From: a virus
Direction: 5' to 3' (one strand)
Virus record (IMG/VR): IMGVR_UViG_3300022927_001391
Span: 41,169 to 105,168 of that record
Length of the DNA stretch: 64,000 bases
The translations under genes and the position numbers were made by a program. Below the pieces are notes generated by a model. It was not told where the DNA came from, ran no database searches, and saw nothing but the letters and a program-made list of their open reading frames with translations. Shown piece by piece: positions 55,401 through 64,000 of this stretch (position 1 is the stretch's first letter; each line of letters begins with the position of its first letter).

Positions 55401-58400
55401 CATTGTCATTCTTAAATGTTGGATACTGTGCAAGGGATCTTAACTTATGCAATACAGTTAAGAAACTTGTTTTAAATACCCAGTCGACCTGGTTAACTGA
55501 CTCGTGTAGACTATATTCTATTAATCTAAAGAATAACTGATTGAAATAAATTGCTCGATCGTCAATGAATATTTCGTTCTTTAGGGCTTTGAGAATATTT
55601 CTAACTTCCTGAACCGGTATTTTGTCAAAGTAATTGAAGTCAAATACATCGTTATCAAATCCAATAAAACTGCCATAGTAGGAACTTGTATAATCATAGA
55701 TACTAGATTTTAGCTGGATAGTTCCACGCTCTATAATTACTTCACGCCAGGTTCCGTTACTCTGGTAAACAAAGAAACTAAAATTGCCATCATCGTTTGT
55801 AGTTACTTTAGCTAACTCACCTACAGTTGCATTTAAAGTTAATAGACCAGCTTCGTTACTAACCTGATAATTGGGAATAGTTAACTCATTGTACCCGTCA
55901 GCATACCAGGTTGCATACTCCCAGAATTTTGTAGTATCGTAACTCTGTACCTTAGTAAGGAACCAGGTTTTGTCTGCCTGTAAGGTGTAAATTGTCCACA
56001 AATCGTCAAGTGTCTCATCATTGTCTACTAGCACCTTGTAGCCAGTTGATAAAGTAATAGTATTTAGATAATCTCTCTCTACTATGCTTGCTACTTTTGT
56101 ATTCCATTCTCCACTTACTATTGTAGGTTGCAATTCGCTACTAAACAACGAAGTCAACGTACTCTGCCTAATTACTGGGTAACTCTTAAATATTTTGTTT
56201 GTATAATCAACTAATACCTTTAGAGCCTGCTGCCTGTTAACAAACATTGTTTGTCTAGGTCTTAATCCTATACCATATTTTTCAGCATCGCTCAGGGTAG
56301 GGTCAGGAACAACACCGCCTAGGCTATCTTGTCCTGCTAAACTGTCTACTAGTTTGTTATAGATTCTTGCAGGTAGTTGCTGCGCAGGGTTATTTTCCTG
56401 AACCAGGTCCCATTCACTGTGTAGTATTCCGTCATTGTTAACAACATCGTAGTTCACAGCTAGTACTAGATCATCACTTTTTAGATCATTTTTAATATTG
56501 GTGATTGATAGTGCATTTTGAGCAAGCACTTGGATAAATTTTAAGCCTGCGCTTTTTGGATCTTCAATTAATTGAGCGACGCTACTTGTACTAATATTTC
56601 TAAACGCGACTTCAGGAACCTCTGTGCTATTTTTTACCCAGAAGTAGTATTTTGTGACTGTGGTTCCTGCGGCAGGATCAAACTGCACAGTTGTTGCAAA
56701 GTTTGAATCATCAGGGTGCTTTACTTCTCCTGATCCTGTATATTCACTAGGCAATACTGCGCTTTCTACCCATTCATAAATGTCAATGCTACTGCCTGGG
56801 AAAAATCTTCCCCAATAGGTTGTTCTATAGTCTAAATCACCTTGCTCATAATCCAACACAGCACAAGCTGACAAATCCCACCAAACTTTACCTACTCGCT
56901 CATCGTTCCATGCTGCACCTGGCATTTGGGTTCCTGTATTACTCACTGTATAGACAGCAGGGTCATAACCTAATACATAGTCTATCTCAGCTTGCGCAGG
57001 TCCTGCTATTTTTTGTTTGTAAGGGTCTATATAATCAATAACACTGACTACAGATCGAGAAACGTTGTCGTATATAGACACTCTGTTTACCCTATCAACG
57101 TCGACCTTGGAATTTTCTGATCTATATGGCTGCCATGCGCTTGCTCTTGAGAAATTATTAAACTGATACCAACCACCAGCATTCTGAGCATAGGCATCAT
57201 CTAGTGGGGCGCCTACTAAGAGTTTGTCATCGTTAAAAGCTAATGCAGCACCAAACTGATCCAAATAACTGATGTCATTACTAACTAGTTGCTGAACATA
57301 AATTAACTTTTGTGTATTAGATACAGTTTCTGGTGACACTGCATCCAAGGTTTCATATATATAGACAGCACCGCTCTGAGTAATCACATCAACAAACTTA
57401 GTACTGTTGTTATCAAATGTTGTTAGGTATTCACCATAAGTTTCACTAGTTGTGACTGTGTCAATGTCAAATCTTGTTTTAGCCAGTGAACTTGCTCTAT
57501 CACTGGATACGGCAAGATTTTGTTTTACAGTTCCATCCACACTTACATACTTGTCAAATGCTACATGCTGACCATAGTTCTCATTTTCTTTTAGAAGAGG
57601 ATGATTCAACTGCTGTGTCATTACATAAGGGTTGAACTTAATACCATCCTTGAATGATGTTCCAGTGCCGGGTCTAATTTTAAGTTTTTTGTTCTTGTTA
57701 ATACTTGTGCTAGTTACAACAATCGTGTCACTATCTGTACCGACTGCTGGTGTAATTAGACTTATGCTAGCATTATTAATATCAGTAATTAGATTAGCAA
57801 CTGTGCTGCCAGTACTGGATACAGTTACTAGCCAATCATTAATATAGAAAGTGTCACCGCTAGTATAACTTATTCCAGTGTCACTGTTGCTAGTTACACT
57901 TCCGTAGCGCAACCCAGCATCAGTAAACACATAAACACTGCCAGTGTTAGGATTAAGCTCATCTTCCCCCGGAACGCCTACAGCAATCATAGCGCCGGTT
58001 GGGTCTACTGATACACTAGTACCAAATAGCTCGCCATCTGTTGGCTCCTCACTGTTCATGTTCTGATCTAGTTTTTGTACTTCAGCAAAGTTACCAGTAA
58101 ACACTTTTATAGTATCAGTGCTCTGTGGCTCATATCTAAAGCTGATAGTGTTTGAAGATCTAGTATAACGATTTTCACTACTGTCACTATCAAACCCACC
58201 AAAAGCGCCATCTGCAAGCGTCTGTTCAACACCATTTACTTCAATATACTCGACAGAACTTATTGTTTCATCGGTTGTAAAGTCCACAGTAGAACCATCG
58301 CCGGCAAAGTTTTGTAAAATGTTACTGAACACATAAACCTCACCAGCATCACTAATAAGTGTACTATCAGCATTAGCCACATCAGCGTATGGAGCACCAA

Positions 58401-61400
58401 CAACAACTGTTCCGCCGTCTGTGCTGCAATCAATGCTATAACCAAACTGATCACCAGCCATTGTATCACTGCCTATGATAGTATCAATTAATTCAAAGTG
58501 GGTTTCTTCTCTAATAACAACATTAAGTCCAACAGCAGGCGCAATGGTAAATGTAATATCTGACCCGGACAAAGTAAAGTCTTTATAGGGAAGATATACC
58601 TTTCCATTGCCGTCCTCTACATACAAACTAATACCTGTAACTGGTGTAAATCCTAATGCATATGTTACTGAAGACCCGTCAGCCGTAAGTGTTACGAGTT
58701 CGTTATCTTTGGTGAGTCTGTCTTTTCTAGCATACACATATACACTATTAGCACCAGGAGCACCAACGAACATATATCTGTCATTTTGTGACATACACAT
58801 ACTAAAACCAAAATTATCACTAACACTAGCACCGTTCAAATAAATTGGTTGGCGCAAATTAAAGTTGCCAGCACCATCGCGTTCATAAACAAATACAGCG
58901 CCTCTGTTACTATTTGTATCAGGAGCACCAACAGCGTACCAGTTGTTACCTCCAGCGACACTAGCGCCAAATCTTGCGACTGATGCACCAATGTCGTTAA
59001 CTGTTAGAGTGACAGTTTCCTCTAGTACTCTGCTTGGATTCAATACATAAGGAACTACGTTACCAACTGATCCGGCGTCGGGGATACCAACTAGAGCACT
59101 TAAACTGTTTTTACCAATAACTATGCTTGTTCCTAAATGTCCATCACCTTCTGTAGATGTGGTTGTTTGAATAGTTGCAGTACTCCAGGGCTCTGCTTTT
59201 TTCAGTGCTGACCATTTACCCAAATTGTTTGTATCAACCCAGGCTATCTCATTTTTATTCCAACCGTAGGGAGGTGTAAAATTAGAAAGATCTGTAATTT
59301 GTTCAAAGCGTACTGATTCCAATTTCCACAATGTAACTGAAAGATTGTCTATGGCTTCGTCAATTTCAATGTCCTGTTCTACAGTTAAAGTATTGTTTGT
59401 TGTTGAAGCTAGTTTAAAAAATCCTCCAAATGGCGGATCTAGTCTTACAACAACTTTGTCATTTTTCACAAGTCCATGGTTAGAATCTGTGGTAAATGTC
59501 AACAATCCATTTGTAGAAGATTGAATGCCTGTGATATTTGTAGTAACTTCAGTAACTCTTAATATATCCCAACTGTTGTTGTCAGACTTTGCTACCCAAA
59601 TCTTTGACCCTCTGCCAATCTGACTTAAATTACTATTAAGAGAACTTATATTGTTGATATCAAACAATGTTAGATCTATATCATCAATGCGTGGATAACC
59701 AGCATTGCTAATATCATCTTTATTTGAGCCTGAGCGTAAACTGAATAAGTTTTTAGTATAATTGTTAGGAACTTTATAAAGGTCTACCTGCTTAAATCCC
59801 AAGTAGTCAGGATTACTTACAGTATCTCCTGAGTCTAAAAATTCTATCACAACTGGATTGTTTTGTGATTGTGCTTCTGGCAAAATTACTTCAACTACTT
59901 GGTTACTATCAATGCTGCCATATTCACCAACTCTGAACGCCCATTCTTCAAAGAAATCTACCTCTTGATCTAGGTTTGTTAGATCTGCCTTTGTTAATTT
60001 GTTGATAACTTCAGGTGTGCCCTTGCCTTTAATCATGCCCTGATAGAACTTAACCTGGCTTACATCATCCAAACCTATGTTCTCTAAATAATCTCTACTA
60101 CGGAAACCTATTGTTCCTTTAGCAGCATGATCAGTACTAGTTTCCAAATTAACATTATCAATATCAAAGAAGTCAGTAAATCTCTGTGCCTTATTACTAA
60201 TATTTGGCACTAGGCCTGTTCTTTGATTTGGACTTAGTATCCAATTGTTATAATCAAATACAAGTGTACCACCATGATCTTTGGCAGCAACATAAATTTT
60301 GTTATTGAAACTTACGTAATCTGCTCGTTTATAATCTTTGTCCTGCTGCCATAAATCGTATTCACTATCATTGATAAAATAACCAGGAGCATGGATAGTA
60401 CCATTCCAACTACCTGCCTTAGTACCAACAATTTTCATGCGCTCCTGTCTATTGCCCAATTCTGGTTGATAGATAATATCGTTGAAAATTGTAGAGTTAT
60501 TAAACACTATAACATGTTCATACTGAATAGGATCTAGTACAGCACTATACAAATATGTTTTGTCTGGATTGATAGTAATTGTTGTATTATTATCAATACG
60601 ACGAACATTATAATCCACCTTCTTAATAGGCTGGTTGTTAGCATCACGCAATGTTATACGTCTACTAAAATCATCAGTAGTTGTAAACTCTCGTTCAACT
60701 TCTAAAATATCATAGCAAGGACTTGCGCTGAATACGCTGTCATTTGGCCAAATTTGTTGTGTCCAAAAAACAAACTCTTGAGCAGTTAGGGTAAAATCCT
60801 TAACTTCTCCATTAACAGTACTATTAAATACCAAACCTTTAGATTCCAGATACCTTTGGTAACTAACAAACAAATCACATACTTGCTGCACACTTGTGAG
60901 TGTGACTCCATATGGAATATCTGCTGTATAATTTTCAAAATCATTGAATACAAATATGTTTGTATTGCCAACTGTCTTTATAATTCTATTTGTAGAATTC
61001 ACACTAGGAATAATTCTAAAATAGGGATTGTCTATGTCGTAGCCGGTAATCTGATAACCGTCTGATCTTTTAATAACTTGTATACCACTATAAGTTACTT
61101 TGTCAACAGGAGTGCTTTTTAAAGTAATTAAACTATAATCGTCGTCTGGTATGAAAACAGTTTGGTTGCTACTATTAGGGGTAGCACTCTCAGCTACAAC
61201 TTTTAGGAAATTTTTATCACTAAAGCCAGCAAGTTTGTAGGCAAGGTTTAATCCAAGGTTTCTAATCCTAGTGTTATAATCTGTAGGATTTAGATCCATA
61301 TATTTGAGGTAATTGTACAAGAACTGGTTTGCACCTTCAACGCGATTTATATTACCATTATCTGTAACACCATGCATGTGGAAATCACTAATTACAGGCC

Positions 61401-63999
61401 TATAACTCTTGCCTGTTTTAAGTAACTGATTAAACTCTGTGTTTAGTTGTATTAAGTTTGTATCATATAGCAAACCAAAATATTTTGCAGGTTGTTGTAG
61501 CATTGCAATTAATTGCATTGCGAATGGATATTCACTACTACGAACCCAAGCAGTTTCTACTGGGCTCTCATCTCCAAAGGCCCATGGATCATTAGTGTTA
61601 GAACTTACAGCGTCTATTGTTAAGAAATCCGATGGTGCTCGTAGTACGCCCTGTTGGTCAACTGGCACAACACTTGTAAGGCCAGGACGCTTATAATTTT
61701 TTTGTATTGAAAAATCTTCATTGATTATACCATTGTACAATTTACCTGCTTCTAGATCTTCCCAGAGTACTGTATTACCAGCAGTATAAGGAGCCTCGCC
61801 ATACCTATCATCCCACCAGGTAGGTTTTTGTGTTTGACCTAACATCTCCCAGGGTGTTAGATGTGGCGTATCAGTATCATAAAGCCAGCGATAGATAGCA
61901 CGCCAGCTGCCAGGCAATTTTGTATTAGTTAATTTTTCAACACTGTTTTTATAGTTCCAGCTAAATTTATTTTCTTCTGTAAAGGTACTATTTTTGTAAC
62001 TATCCAAGCGGTTTTTTTGTGCCCAGGATCCAAACAACCCACGAATAATACTTAACTGTTCGTTTCTATCAGCCAGTGTGGATCTAAAGTAACCGGGCAG
62101 TAGATCGCTAAAATCAAATAGATCTTTTCTATACTGAGTTTTAATATTATTATAGATACGCTTTTCTAGTTCTAGAATAATATCATCTCTTAAATCGTTA
62201 TAGGCGGCCCATTTACTACCGTCATGTCCTTGTATGATATTAAGTGTAGTACTGAAGGTATTATCAGCGTAAACTCTAGGAGTATATTTTGGCCATAGTC
62301 CTAGTTTTGTTGGCGTTGGTGGTACGAAACTACCGTCTGTGTTGGTGTACTCTACCATCTCAATAACATCACCAACTTGTAATACTACATCGTTAGTAAA
62401 AGTAACTTTTGGTTCATCTGTATCAAAAGAATAGTCCACGCCTTCAGTTAACAGTAGTACATTTTGTCCTCTTACTCTATAAACAAGTAATCCGCGAGTG
62501 CTTATTGAAGTTAAATCGAACTGGTTGTTAAATTCAAATGTTCTTTCTGTAGCGTCGTCAATAGTATAATACACAGTTGTTTTTTGACTGCCCCAGGGAA
62601 GCATGTCACTATAATAAAACGCAAATTCTTCGTTTTTACTACCTACCATAAACTCAAGTATCTGATCAACACATCCACGAATATTTCTAAGATCTAAATC
62701 AAGTTTATTCATGTTATCAATAAACTTGTTTTTAAATCTTGAGTATTCCTCCATACTAAATCTTAAAGCATTAACTATACTAGCATCAGTATTTGTAAAG
62801 AGATATAATGGTAAAATAGATCCCGCACTGTGCTGTAGAATCTTGCCAGGATATTGTTTTACTGGCAAATCTCGTGTGTTATTGCTACCCAGGGCAACTC
62901 CTGTAAATTCTTTAATTGTCCTAGTAGACTCTACTAGATGGTTTCTAATTTGTCCCAGTGTAAGGTTTTCAAAGTCACCATTATTTGCATTGTTTTCTAA
63001 GTTTTTAGGAACTTCATAATAACCTAATAGGTTTTTATAAGTGCTATAAACCTTAATAGTAATATTATCATTTGGTGCAAGAGCAGAATTAAATGTAATA
63101 TACCATCTGTTGTTTGTTTCTACAACACTATATTTCTGCTTGTACTGGAAAGTGCCATTCACGTAAACTAACAAACTTTCGTCTGATCTATCTTCTGGCT
63201 CGCTGCCAATCTCAAAACTATATAATTCATCGGTTACAGTATATTCAACAATCTGGAACTGTCTACTTTCACTGGCAATTTTCGTCCATCCATTCAGCAG
63301 TGTCTTTACTGTGCCTGTTCTGTCATACTGATGTACATGGCCGCTTTTAACAATAACATTTACTTGACCAGTTCCTGTTTTTGTATAAGCAAACGAATCT
63401 GAAATAAAATTATTGTCAAATACAATATCACCTACGTTGTTAAAGTTTTTATAGCTAAGGCCAAAATTAAGAATACTATCATTTACACCATTAAGATTTC
63501 TCTTATAGCTAAAGAGTTTAGTGCCAGCAAAGTTAGTGCTAGGATATGAGGTTACAGTGCTAAAACTATTATGAGCACCATCAAACACATCAAACAATGG
63601 TTCTTGATTTAACTTAGTTTTTTGTTGAGCTAGTCCCCATGCACTATTTTTGTAATAGTAAACAACACCCTGATTGCTTGCTCCTAAGGAACTAAGCACA
63701 TTTGTATTTTCAGGCACTGTGTCAATTTGTACTAGATTGATAATTTTAGCAGTGTTAACGTTGCTGTCCTCATCAATAAAATCTACACGATAAACTTTAT
63801 TTCTTACATGTGGATCTGTATCACTAGCAAAAATAACTGTCATGTCAGGTGTAAGAGCAATGCCGTCAGCAAAGTATCCAGTAGTTCCATTTACATTGCT
63901 AAGTGCATCGTCTTGTTCAGTATCAATAATACTAACTGGTGCCTTACTAGTAATTCCCATATTATAGAGATGCAAATTAGGTATAAATTCTATAATTGG
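52447..63999 (-). CDS. Giant virion structural protein (baseplate-wedge-like) with FG-GAP propeller, 5'-truncated
   Basis: Frame stays open to the window edge (...PIIEFIPNLHLYNMG); more than 3,850 aa; FG..(V)..VGAP repeats, GDG.T..F repeats, YINEVKPYHTKIRE motif. Confidence 0.75.
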   Translation of the reverse strand, partial: PIIEFIPNLHLYNMGITSKAPVSIIDTEQDDALSNVNGTTGYFADGIALTPDMTVIFASDTDPHVRNKVYRVDFIDEDSNVNTAKIINLVQIDTVPENTNVLSSLGASNQGVVYYYKNSAWGLAQQKTKLNQEPLFDVFDGAHNSFSTVTSYPSTNFAGTKLFSYKRNLNGVNDSILNFGLSYKNFNNVGDIVFDNNFISDSFAYTKTGTGQVNVIVKSGHVHQYDRTGTVKTLLNGWTKIASESRQFQIVEYTVTDELYSFEIGSEPEDRSDESLLVYVNGTFQYKQKYSVVETNNRWYITFNSALAPNDNITIKVYSTYKNLLGYYEVPKNLENNANNGDFENLTLGQIRNHLVESTRTIKEFTGVALGSNNTRDLPVKQYPGKILQHSAGSILPLYLFTNTDASIVNALRFSMEEYSRFKNKFIDNMNKLDLDLRNIRGCVDQILEFMVGSKNEEFAFYYSDMLPWGSQKTTVYYTIDDATERTFEFNNQFDLTSISTRGLLVYRVRGQNVLLLTEGVDYSFDTDEPKVTFTNDVVLQVGDVIEMVEYTNTDGSFVPPTPTKLGLWPKYTPRVYADNTFSTTLNIIQGHDGSKWAAYNDLRDDIILELEKRIYNNIKTQYRKDLFDFSDLLPGYFRSTLADRNEQLSIIRGLFGSWAQKNRLDSYKNSTFTEENKFSWNYKNSVEKLTNTKLPGSWRAIYRWLYDTDTPHLTPWEMLGQTQKPTWWDDRYGEAPYTAGNTVLWEDLEAGKLYNGIINEDFSIQKNYKRPGLTSVVPVDQQGVLRAPSDFLTIDAVSSNTNDPWAFGDESPVETAWVRSSEYPFAMQLIAMLQQPAKYFGLLYDTNLIQLNTEFNQLLKTGKSYRPVISDFHMHGVTDNGNINRVEGANQFLYNYLKYMDLNPTDYNTRIRNLGLNLAYKLAGFSDKNFLKVVAESATPNSSNQTVFIPDDDYSLITLKSTPVDKVTYSGIQVIKRSDGYQITGYDIDNPYFRIIPSVNSTNRIIKTVGNTNIFVFNDFENYTADIPYGVTLTSVQQVCDLFVSYQRYLESKGLVFNSTVNGEVKDFTLTAQEFVFWTQQIWPNDSVFSASPCYDILEVEREFTTTDDFSRRITLRDANNQPIKKVDYNVRRIDNNTTITINPDKTYLYSAVLDPIQYEHVIVFNNSTIFNDIIYQPELGNRQERMKIVGTKAGSWNGTIHAPGYFINDSEYDLWQQDKDYKRADYVSFNNKIYVAAKDHGGTLVFDYNNWILSPNQRTGLVPNISNKAQRFTDFFDIDNVNLETSTDHAAKGTIGFRSRDYLENIGLDDVSQVKFYQGMIKGKGTPEVINKLTKADLTNLDQEVDFFEEWAFRVGEYGSIDSNQVVEVILPEAQSQNNPVVIEFLDSGDTVSNPDYLGFKQVDLYKVPNNYTKNLFSLRSGSNKDDISNAGYPRIDDIDLTLFDINNISSLNSNLSQIGRGSKIWVAKSDNNSWDILRVTEVTTNITGIQSSTNGLLTFTTDSNHGLVKNDKVVVRLDPPFGGFFKLASTTNNTLTVEQDIEIDEAIDNLSVTLWKLESVRFEQITDLSNFTPPYGWNKNEIAWVDTNNLGKWSALKKAEPWSTATIQTTTSTEGDGHLGTSIVIGKNSLSALVGIPDAGSVGNVVPYVLNPSRVLEETVTLTVNDIGASVARFGASVAGGNNWYAVGAPDTNSNRGAVFVYERDGAGNFNLRQPIYLNGASVSDNFGFSMCMSQNDRYMFVGAPGANSVYVYARKDRLTKDNELVTLTADGSSVTYALGFTPVTGISLYVEDGNGKVYLPYKDFTLSGSDITFTIAPAVGLNVVIREETHFELIDTIIGSDTMAGDQFGYSIDCSTDGGTVVVGAPYADVANADSTLISDAGEVYVFSNILQNFAGDGSTVDFTTDETISSVEYIEVNGVEQTLADGAFGGFDSDSSENRYTRSSNTISFRYEPQSTDTIKVFTGNFAEVQKLDQNMNSEEPTDGELFGTSVSVDPTGAMIAVGVPGEDELNPNTGSVYVFTDAGLRYGSVTSNSDTGISYTSGDTFYINDWLVTVSSTGSTVANLITDINNASISLITPAVGTDSDTIVVTSTSINKNKKLKIRPGTGTSFKDGIKFNPYVMTQQLNHPLLKENENYGQHVAFDKYVSVDGTVKQNLAVSSDRASSLAKTRFDIDTVTTSETYGEYLTTFDNNSTKFVDVITQSGAVYIYETLDAVSPETVSNTQKLIYVQQLVSNDISYLDQFGAALAFNDDKLLVGAPLDDAYAQNAGGWYQFNNFSRASAWQPYRSENSKVDVDRVNRVSIYDNVSRSVVSVIDYIDPYKQKIAGPAQAEIDYVLGYDPAVYTVSNTGTQMPGAAWNDERVGKVWWDLSACAVLDYEQGDLDYRTTYWGRFFPGSSIDIYEWVESAVLPSEYTGSGEVKHPDDSNFATTVQFDPAAGTTVTKYYFWVKNSTEVPEVAFRNISTSSVAQLIEDPKSAGLKFIQVLAQNALSITNIKNDLKSDDLVLAVNYDVVNNDGILHSEWDLVQENNPAQQLPARIYNKLVDSLAGQDSLGGVVPDPTLSDAEKYGIGLRPRQTMFVNRQQALKVLVDYTNKIFKSYPVIRQSTLTSLFSSELQPTIVSGEWNTKVASIVERDYLNTITLSTGYKVLVDNDETLDDLWTIYTLQADKTWFLTKVQSYDTTKFWEYATWYADGYNELTIPNYQVSNEAGLLTLNATVGELAKVTTNDDGNFSFFVYQSNGTWREVIIERGTIQLKSSIYDYTSSYYGSFIGFDNDVFDFNYFDKIPVQEVRNILKALKNEIFIDDRAIYFNQLFFRLIEYSLHESVNQVDWVFKTSFLTVLHKLRSLAQYPTFKNDNDHLIEDYINEVKPYHTKIREYVSKFDGNDNFDGDVTDFDVHAFYDENLMLFRKPSGDYSGDEILRTQGLNNPWSKNYSYFLSSVEIYAAGSGYIQDPIVTVSAPDLAGGVRATVVAVSNTNNIIRVRITNPGSGYITTPTITVTGAGTGCILLARMANNTNREFDISMKFDRITYSSTVMNWAANTSYSQNDLISYYNSVTGSQEVYKCIVSGGFTSGSTFSVENSSGTTVLEVYADENLASNADRIAAFYTPTAGMLGDDLDLLQRGTDYKGVRVSGAGFEREPGWDTAAFDNVGFDDFDIDTDGLTVLSGASALDSIIKSTFQDLALGTRPEDIDVNGGQFVDEYNSHAPEEVIPGIVFDTLDMEVFTDPSDDFEWDGNGVETVFRSYEGDGTTNTFIFSNTTKAQDVENVFVYLNATPVRSFTKNYLNRTVTLATAPTVGQTVYIYSFGNTGEKPVHEESFFTDGETFTFTLGINYDLAQQYLVLINGETLSTAEYTVQDNGLSILILNDVPAENDHVHVFAFNKDPSRQAYTEIDTQEITLTSGTNTYELNKTVRYAQPFEGNVIVELNNLRLRPTNAKHYVGDGSTVTYSIPGTAEESALVNDGDIRVTVISKDDSSTLNPPTNKVASIDYVVDPTDGSSLRTITFYTAPSSGDTVIVSVRTGAEYLVDGNTITLTSSVSFSTGDKLYVTTFANHDPLRIQTKVFVGLGSEILETVIGFDDDSFDSGDFDGISLAGSSPSKYALDRTVTNSNNLWITLNGVKLHPGQFIIENGNVIDLSGQTIDSTSIIVISHFTENVVQPTIGFRIFKNMLGDYEYLRIAADNTTELTQNLYPTDTKIYVDDVSKLPQASVDSDNPGVIFVGNERVTYWEINTEDNYITNIRRSTAGTRFATIHRVGTRVIDASSDQNLPETNTHTHIWYDAGVGSAANGAGLQASNSVNARFLRAREAFVPNFIAESNSPYYLEDGYVEDGYVEVRP

Positions 64000-64000
64000 T

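Noticed and set aside
47406-63350. Plus-strand ORFs (Val/Ser/Pro-rich) opposite the structural genes
   Set aside because: Antisense shadows of Thr/Gly/Asp-rich coding sequence.
1-64000. tRNA/rRNA genes, introns/inteins, transposases, stop-codon recoding
   Set aside because: Intergenic gaps are short and show no cloverleaf or T-loop pattern I could recognise; core enzymes have normal lengths; genes tile well under the standard code with all three stops in use.

Overview
A 64-kb slice of a large, uncultured-type tailed dsDNA phage genome (T4-like or jumbo myovirus style), not a bacterial chromosome. Genes are densely packed with TAATG/ATGA overlaps and include a T4-type RNase H/5'-3' exonuclease, ThyX, dCMP deaminase, TATAAATA-type late promoters and tail/baseplate-type structural genes. 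Layout: (1) 1-13.4 kb, + strand: a purine/7-deazaguanine module (purT, short DegT, folE, yhhQ, PRTase, 2OG oxygenases, PP-loop protein, queD, queE), interrupted by a lipoprotein subtilase with an autotransporter-like barrel. A preQ1-I-like pseudoknot/anti-SD element sits in the queD leader. (2) 13.5-23.4 kb: replication and hypothetical genes around a GC-richer divergent early island (VWA-metallopeptidase <- repeated promoter/RBS cassettes -> MoxR AAA+). (3) 23.4-46.4 kb: an approximately 22-kb, mostly minus-strand tailoring island with 5 SPASM/twitch radical SAM enzymes, about 8 glycosyltransferase-like proteins, 3 SGNH proteins, a carbamoyltransferase, an NDP-sugar epimerase, a DegT aminotransferase and a 2OG oxygenase. 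It lies directly downstream of (4) 46.4-64 kb: Ser/Thr-rich fibre-like virion proteins and a giant structural protein of more than 3,850 aa that runs off the window edge. No tRNA, rRNA, CRISPR array or transposase was seen. All functional calls come from motif recognition by eye; no database searches were run.
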